Assembly (NCBI GenBank): GCA_963741775.1
Contig: CAVUJH010000015.1
Span: 18,742 to 82,741, forward strand
DNA: 64,000 nt
Origin: an uncultured Flavobacteriaceae bacterium
GTDB taxonomy: Bacteria; Bacteroidota; Bacteroidia; Flavobacteriales; Flavobacteriaceae
Direction: 5' to 3'
Numbering within the stretch: position 1 is the first letter of the stretch; each line of letters opens with the position of its first letter. The position numbers and the translations under genes are program-made. Shown here piece after piece: positions 59,086 through 64,000 of the stretch. The notes beneath the pieces were generated by a model. It searched no databases. It saw only the letters and a list, made by a program, of their open reading frames with translations, and had not been told where the DNA came from.

Positions 59086-59922
59086 TTATTTAACTTCCAA
59101 TTTCACCATAACCGGCAGGTGATCGGAAGGATAGCGAAGATCCTTTGAGCTGCTGATAACGCCGAATTTCAGCACCTTGAAATCTTCATGAGAAAGAAAA
59201 ATATAGTCTATCCTACGGGTTACCGGCTTGTCAAAGTCATAGTTATTAAAGGTGCCTTCGGGCCCAAAGACCACGCCTTCGCTTATGGCTTTACTGTCAT
59301 CCATTTTTTCTGAAAGATACTGGATACTCTCCGTATCAGGCTCCAGGTTGAAGTCGCCCGTAAGGATCGCGGGAAGGTTTTCGGGATTCAACTCCTGAAT
59401 TTTTTTCCAGATAAGCTTTGCACTTTCCTTTCTCGCCTTAACTCCAATATGATCAAAATGCGTATTGAAATGCCAGAATTTCTTTCCGGTTTCTTTGTCC
59501 TCAAAAAGCGCATAGGTGCAGATGCGTGGATAAGCCGCATCCCAGCCTTTAGAAGGTTCCTGTGGAGTTTCAGAAAGCCAGAAGGTATCGCTCTTCAACA
59601 CTTTTAACCTGCTCTTTTTGTAGAAAATGGCACTGTACTCCCCTCCTTCTTTTCCGTCATCACGGCCTACACCCACATAATCGTAGCCTTCAAGATGATT
59701 CTTGAAATAATCCATCTGCTCCTTCACTGCCTCCTGCACTCCAAAAGCATCAGGTTCATAGAATTTCAACTGGTTCGTAATAAAATCTTTGCGGTTTGAC
59801 CAACTGTTCTCCCCATCATTCTCATTGGCGTATTTGATGTTGTAGGTCATTATCTCCATCGTCTGACTGTAAAGGTTAATTTGAATAAAAAGGAAAACAA
59901 AAAAGAAGATCTGGTTTTTCAT
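59086..59922 (-). CDS. Secreted endonuclease/exonuclease/phosphatase family protein
   Basis: MTYNI, GVQE, NTHFDH, GDFN, RIDYIF, SDHLPV. Confidence 0.92.
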   Translation of the reverse strand: MKNQIFFFVFLFIQINLYSQTMEIMTYNIKYANENDGENSWSNRKDFITNQLKFYEPDAFGVQEAVKEQMDYFKNHLEGYDYVGVGRDDGKEGGEYSAIFYKKSRLKVLKSDTFWLSETPQEPSKGWDAAYPRICTYALFEDKETGKKFWHFNTHFDHIGVKARKESAKLIWKKIQELNPENLPAILTGDFNLEPDTESIQYLSEKMDDSKAISEGVVFGPEGTFNNYDFDKPVTRRIDYIFLSHEDFKVLKFGVISSSKDLRYPSDHLPVMVKLEVK

Positions 59923-60024
59923 GATGATCGAAGTTTGGCTTAAAGTTCGGAATATTTAGGAGAAAAATAATAGGAAGCATCTTTTTTTGAAAATTCTATG
60001 TGCAGAATTAAAGTTTTTTAGCTT

Positions 60025-60046
60025 ACTTTGTTTTTCAAAGTACTTT
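60025..60046. promoter_or_regulatory. Palindromic operator ACTTTG-N5-CAAAGT, copy 1
   Basis: Ends 3 nt before the ATG at 60050; near-identical copy at 61064. Confidence 0.65.
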
Positions 60047-60049
60047 AAA

Positions 60050-60685
60050 ATGGAAAACCAAAAGTATCTTCAGGATCTCAGTGAGATCAAAAATATGATG
60101 CACCGCTCCTCCCGCTTCATCTCCCTGAGCGGATTATCGGGAGTGTTCGCCGGGATCTATGCGCTTGCAGGGGCAGTAATCGCAAAAATCATTCTTGCCA
60201 GAACCGCTTATAACTATCGCCAGGGCTATGATGCCTTTACCGAAACCTCTCCCCGAACCATATTGATTATCCAGTTATTTTTGATCGCACTGGTCGTTTT
60301 GATTCTGGCTATTGGCACAGCCGTTTTCCTGACCACAAGAAAAGCCCGGAAAAATGGTCAAAAAATATGGGACAATACCAGCAAGAGACTTTTGATAAAT
60401 TTTTTCACCCCTCTTACAGCTGGCGGAATTTTCTGTCTTGTTTTATTGCAATACGGACTCGTGGGACTTTTAGCTCCGGCAATGCTGATATTTTATGGCC
60501 TGGCACTTATTCATGCCAGCAAATATACTTACGGCGACCTTAGAAGTTTAGGCTATACCAACCTTGTATTGGGCCTCATTGCCACTCAGTTCATTGGCTA
60601 TGGCCTGTATTTTTGGGCAGCCGGTTTCGGACTTTTTCATATTATCTATGGCATCTGGATGTACAAAAAATATGAAGCTGCCTGA
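60050..60685 (+). CDS. Multi-pass membrane protein
   Basis: I..MM.RSSRFISLSGLSG, LIFYGLAL, FG..HI.YG; about 6 TM segments. Confidence 0.8.
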   Translation: MENQKYLQDLSEIKNMMHRSSRFISLSGLSGVFAGIYALAGAVIAKIILARTAYNYRQGYDAFTETSPRTILIIQLFLIALVVLILAIGTAVFLTTRKARKNGQKIWDNTSKRLLINFFTPLTAGGIFCLVLLQYGLVGLLAPAMLIFYGLALIHASKYTYGDLRSLGYTNLVLGLIATQFIGYGLYFWAAGFGLFHIIYGIWMYKKYEAA

Positions 60686-60997
60686 ATGGAGAGTATTATC
60701 AGCAATATTAATAAAGCGTTTGATCACAGGATCAGGCTCGGGATTATGAGTGTTCTCATGGTGAATGAATATGCCGACTTCAGCACGCTCAAGGAATTGC
60801 TGGGTGCTACCGACGGGAACATCGCAAGTCATATCAAGGCCTTGGAAAAAGAAGAATATGTGCAGGTAGAAAAATCTTTTATTAACCGAAAGCCCAATAC
60901 GCGCTACCTGGCCACGGAAAAGGGACGAAAAGCTTTCCAGGAACACCTGGATGCTCTGGAAAAGTTGCTTTCTACAGGCAAGAATGTGAACACATGA
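60686..60997 (+). CDS. Winged-helix transcriptional regulator (HTH_34/MarR-like)
   Basis: RLGIMSVL, DF..LK..L..TDGN..SH..ALE, K.F..RKP.T.Y..T..G..AF..H. Confidence 0.9.
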   Translation: MESIISNINKAFDHRIRLGIMSVLMVNEYADFSTLKELLGATDGNIASHIKALEKEEYVQVEKSFINRKPNTRYLATEKGRKAFQEHLDALEKLLSTGKNVNT

Positions 60998-61063
60998 GAG
61001 AAGGCAGACGAAAAATCTGAAATTTGAAGATATAAAACCCAAATCAAATTTTTTTACCCACAA

Positions 61064-61085
61064 ACTTTGTATTTCAAAGTACTTT
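61064..61085. promoter_or_regulatory. Palindromic operator ACTTTG-N5-CAAAGT, copy 2
   Basis: ACTTTGTATTTCAAAGTACTTT. Confidence 0.65.
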
Positions 61086-61129
61086 ATAATAAACCAACTC
61101 AAGCATATTTTTAACCAAAATTCAGGATT

Positions 61130-61414
61130 ATGAAAAACAAGAGATTTATCGCCATTGTGCTAAGCGTAGCATTCTTATTGCTCATCCCCCTCATAGCCAT
61201 GCAATTTACAGAGGAAGTGAACTGGACATTCTTCGATTTTATGGTTGCCGGCATCCTGCTGCTGGGCACAGGACTCCTTCTTGAGCTGGTCATGAGAAAG
61301 ACCAGGAACATAAGGTACCGCCTTGCTTTTTTTGCCGTGATCCTTATGGCACTTTTCCTCATTTGGGCAGAACTTGCCGTAGGCATCTTTGGAACACCCT
61401 TTGCCGGAAGTTAG
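61130..61414 (+). CDS. Small three-TM membrane protein
   Basis: LLIPLIAMQFT.EVNW..FDF, WAELAVGIFG. Confidence 0.8.
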   Translation: MKNKRFIAIVLSVAFLLLIPLIAMQFTEEVNWTFFDFMVAGILLLGTGLLLELVMRKTRNIRYRLAFFAVILMALFLIWAELAVGIFGTPFAGS

Positions 61415-61445
61415 AGGAAGTACAGCTTAATTTAAATAACAGGAA

Positions 61446-62216
61446 ATGGAATATTTTGTATCAAAAGATTCGGTAGTACGGCAGATCTGGGGGAAAAGTG
61501 ATACCATCCTTTTCATCTTTGCCGGGGCCTCGGCAGAGTTCGCCCTGAACAAGGCCGTCGACTGGCTGTATTTTACGGGCCGCCTGCCTGCCGATCCGCT
61601 GGGAAGGCTCTTTTCCACCGTTTCCTACGCGCGGAAAATAGTCTTTGCTGAAAAACAAGCTGCCGAGGCAGCTATCCATAAAATGGCAGCGATACACGCC
61701 GATGTAGAAGCCAGGCGCGGCAAAAGTATTCCGGACTGGGCTTACCGCGATGTGCTCTTTATGCTCATCGATTATTCCATCAGGTCCTTTGAGCTGCTTG
61801 AACGAAAACTGAACAGCTCTGAAAAAGAGGAAGTGTTCCGCGTCTTTTGCCGGGTAGGAAACCAAATGGGCCTGCAAGAATTGCCGGATAATTATAAGAA
61901 CTGGAAAAAAATGCGGCAGGAGCACCTGCTTGAGGATTTGCACTACAGCCATTTGACTGAAGATCTTTTCACTCAGTATCACAAACACCTGGGTGCAGTG
62001 AGATACCGTCTTCTGCTAGAGGCTCAGAAATCTGTAGTGCCTGAGCGGGTCACAGAATTACTCGACTTAGGCAACATTCCCTTTTTAGCTCCATTGTTAG
62101 CCGGCTATAAGTTGAGCAGAAACCTGAACCTGGATTGGCTGCTAAAGGAAATCCTCCTGCCTTCGGCCTATAAAGAAGAGATAAGGGCTCTGGATACTGT
62201 CCCGCATCAAAACTAA
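61446..62216 (+). CDS. DUF2236 / MpaB-like oxygenase domain protein
   Basis: S.VRQIWG, P.GRL..T..Y, conserved His in IH..VE. Confidence 0.7.
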   Translation: MEYFVSKDSVVRQIWGKSDTILFIFAGASAEFALNKAVDWLYFTGRLPADPLGRLFSTVSYARKIVFAEKQAAEAAIHKMAAIHADVEARRGKSIPDWAYRDVLFMLIDYSIRSFELLERKLNSSEKEEVFRVFCRVGNQMGLQELPDNYKNWKKMRQEHLLEDLHYSHLTEDLFTQYHKHLGAVRYRLLLEAQKSVVPERVTELLDLGNIPFLAPLLAGYKLSRNLNLDWLLKEILLPSAYKEEIRALDTVPHQN

Positions 62217-62310
62217 AATACCATCTACGTCTCCCGGAAGATAGAGTGTAATAATTATTAATTTTGGACAAAAGGAGAAGGGATTTCAAATCTCTTCTCA
62301 GACATCTTTT

Positions 62311-62718
62311 ATGAATTCAATATTGGAAAGAAACAGCAAACGGAATTATTTTGCGGGCTTTATCAGCCTTTTTATCCTCGAGATCCTCATCGAAAAATTC
62401 GCACACGATGATTTTGTAAGGCCATATCTTGGAGATTTCCTGGTAGTGATCCTGATATATTGTTTCGTTATGGCGCTCTCTAATATTTCTGTGCTAAAAG
62501 GCTTAATTTCTGTCCTGGTGTTCTCCTTTGCTGTCGAGTTCTTTCAGCTCATCAACATTGTGAAAGTGCTGCAATATCAGCCTCCAAAGATCGTGATGAT
62601 CATGCTTGGCAGCAGCTTTTCGGTTGCAGACCTAATGGCCTATACCCTCGGAATTGCTCTTGCAGCAGCCGTAGAATATTATCAAAATTCAGTGGTATAC
62701 AAAACCAGGTTGAAGTAG
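62311..62718 (+). CDS. DUF2809 membrane protein
   Basis: VRPYLGD.L, VEFFQL, LGSSFS..DL..Y..G. Confidence 0.85.
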   Translation: MNSILERNSKRNYFAGFISLFILEILIEKFAHDDFVRPYLGDFLVVILIYCFVMALSNISVLKGLISVLVFSFAVEFFQLINIVKVLQYQPPKIVMIMLGSSFSVADLMAYTLGIALAAAVEYYQNSVVYKTRLK

Positions 62719-62723
62719 CCGGT

Positions 62724-63950
62724 TTATGCCTGGTCTTCATGAATTTCCTCGCCCTTCACAAAGGCCTCCAGATATTGGAATCTCTCGGTAAGTCTGCCGT
62801 CTTTAGCCATGCAGGCGCGTTCCAGGATCCCATCTTTATCGCCATTGAAAAATGCCGGCATCACATTCTTAAGGAACATCTCTCCAAAGCCTTCGCTGGC
62901 ATCTTTGGGCAATTCGCAAGGCAGATTATCTACCGCCATGACGCAGATGGAATTTTTTTCGCGGAAATCAACCTCAGCCTCGCGTTGAGGATCGTAACCA
63001 TAAAGAGGCTCCGCTATCGTAGAAGGGCGGATGGTGCTGGCGATTGGACCAGCAATATCACAGGAGATATCTACGATATATTTTATTCTGAAATCGGGAG
63101 ATTTAGCATCTTGAGCGGTGAAAAATTTTGGAGCGCCATCGCCATAAAAATGTCCTGCGATAAACATATCGCTCCGCTTCGCAAAACGAACAAAATCTGA
63201 CTCATAATTCTCAGGATGATGATAAAAATCCCGGACCGCAGCCTCAATTCCATTCTTAGGCTTGTTGTAATCGAGCACATCAATAAGGCAATACACCGGC
63301 TCCTGGAATTCCTGCTGAAGATACTCCTCTACTTCCACCTGCCTGATCTTTAAATGATCTAGAATTTCTTTAGCCCCATGCGCCACCTTTCCACTACCGG
63401 TAAGTACGATCTTTATTGAAGGTAGCTCTATTTTGTCCAATTCTGCCTGCATGGCAGCCAGGTCAGGAAGACTTTCGGCTTTGGGAAGCTCAAACAGGTT
63501 TTCCTTCAGGCCCAGCGCCCGAAATCCGTTATAGGCTCCCACCAGCCCCGCATACCGGCCAAAACCAATAAGCCGGGCTCCTCTTTTATTGATGATGACC
63601 TCATGGTCATAAAGTTCAATGTTGTTCCTGAGAATCTCCCGCAAAAGATCCCTGTTATAGGGTTGTTTCTTAATGGTATGCGAAAAGAAAAAGTATTTTT
63701 TATGCGGAATAAGCGCCGGAATGGGCACTTCTTTCACCCCTAGCAAAACATCACAGCCTGAAACATCTTCGGAAACTTCAAAACCCGCATCGCGATATTC
63801 CTGATCGCTGAAGATGCGAATATCGGAAGACTCCACCTTGAAGCTGGCATCGGGAAATTTTTCCTTTACCTGTTTCAACATTTTCGGGCTGAATACCACG
63901 CGGCGGTCTGGCGGAGTTTTTCGCTCTTTGATAAGGGCAAATTTGATCAT
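62724..63950 (-). CDS. Saccharopine dehydrogenase/lysine-ketoglutarate reductase-like (AlaDh/PNT fold)
   Basis: DRRV..SP, LGVKEVP, FFSHTIK.QPYN, FGRYAG, DISCD, AVDNLPCELP.DAS..FG. Confidence 0.85.
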   Translation of the reverse strand: MIKFALIKERKTPPDRRVVFSPKMLKQVKEKFPDASFKVESSDIRIFSDQEYRDAGFEVSEDVSGCDVLLGVKEVPIPALIPHKKYFFFSHTIKKQPYNRDLLREILRNNIELYDHEVIINKRGARLIGFGRYAGLVGAYNGFRALGLKENLFELPKAESLPDLAAMQAELDKIELPSIKIVLTGSGKVAHGAKEILDHLKIRQVEVEEYLQQEFQEPVYCLIDVLDYNKPKNGIEAAVRDFYHHPENYESDFVRFAKRSDMFIAGHFYGDGAPKFFTAQDAKSPDFRIKYIVDISCDIAGPIASTIRPSTIAEPLYGYDPQREAEVDFREKNSICVMAVDNLPCELPKDASEGFGEMFLKNVMPAFFNGDKDGILERACMAKDGRLTERFQYLEAFVKGEEIHEDQA

Positions 63951-64000
63951 TTTATCTAGTGCTTTTGTGTGGTTAAAGAAGTGTTTCAAATATAGGAATA

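Overview
This window is mostly core chromosome of a Flavobacteriaceae member (Bacteroidota). The assignment rests on gene content, TAnnTTTG promoters and the lack of Shine-Dalgarno motifs; it resembles Gramella/Salinimicrobium. Housekeeping genes include hslR, aroK, acnA, surA, guaB, pyrD, ggt, pepT, yajC, nusB, a Ktr/Trk K+ uptake pair, csaA, typA and kdsA. It also holds three tRNAs (Lys x2, Leu), a CarH-type regulator heading a crtI-crtB-crtZ-crtY cluster, and a porin/imelysin/di-heme putative iron-uptake operon. The most unusual structure is at 2.4-3.75 kb. Every tRNA there is followed by tandem units that each end in a copy of the tRNA 3' end, with a small hairpin placed at the T-loop position. 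The tRNA-Leu units (321 bp) each carry a stand-alone GIY-YIG nuclease gene, which suggests a tRNA-anchored nuclease/hairpin micro-element system. Other notable features are four CGTC-tagged REP doublets nested inside outer inverted repeats, period-7 tracts, a boxA-like site just upstream of nusB, and repeated palindromic operators. A cluster of single-base indels at 6.3-10.4 kb creates an apparent CrtI-CrtB fusion and is probably sequencing error.
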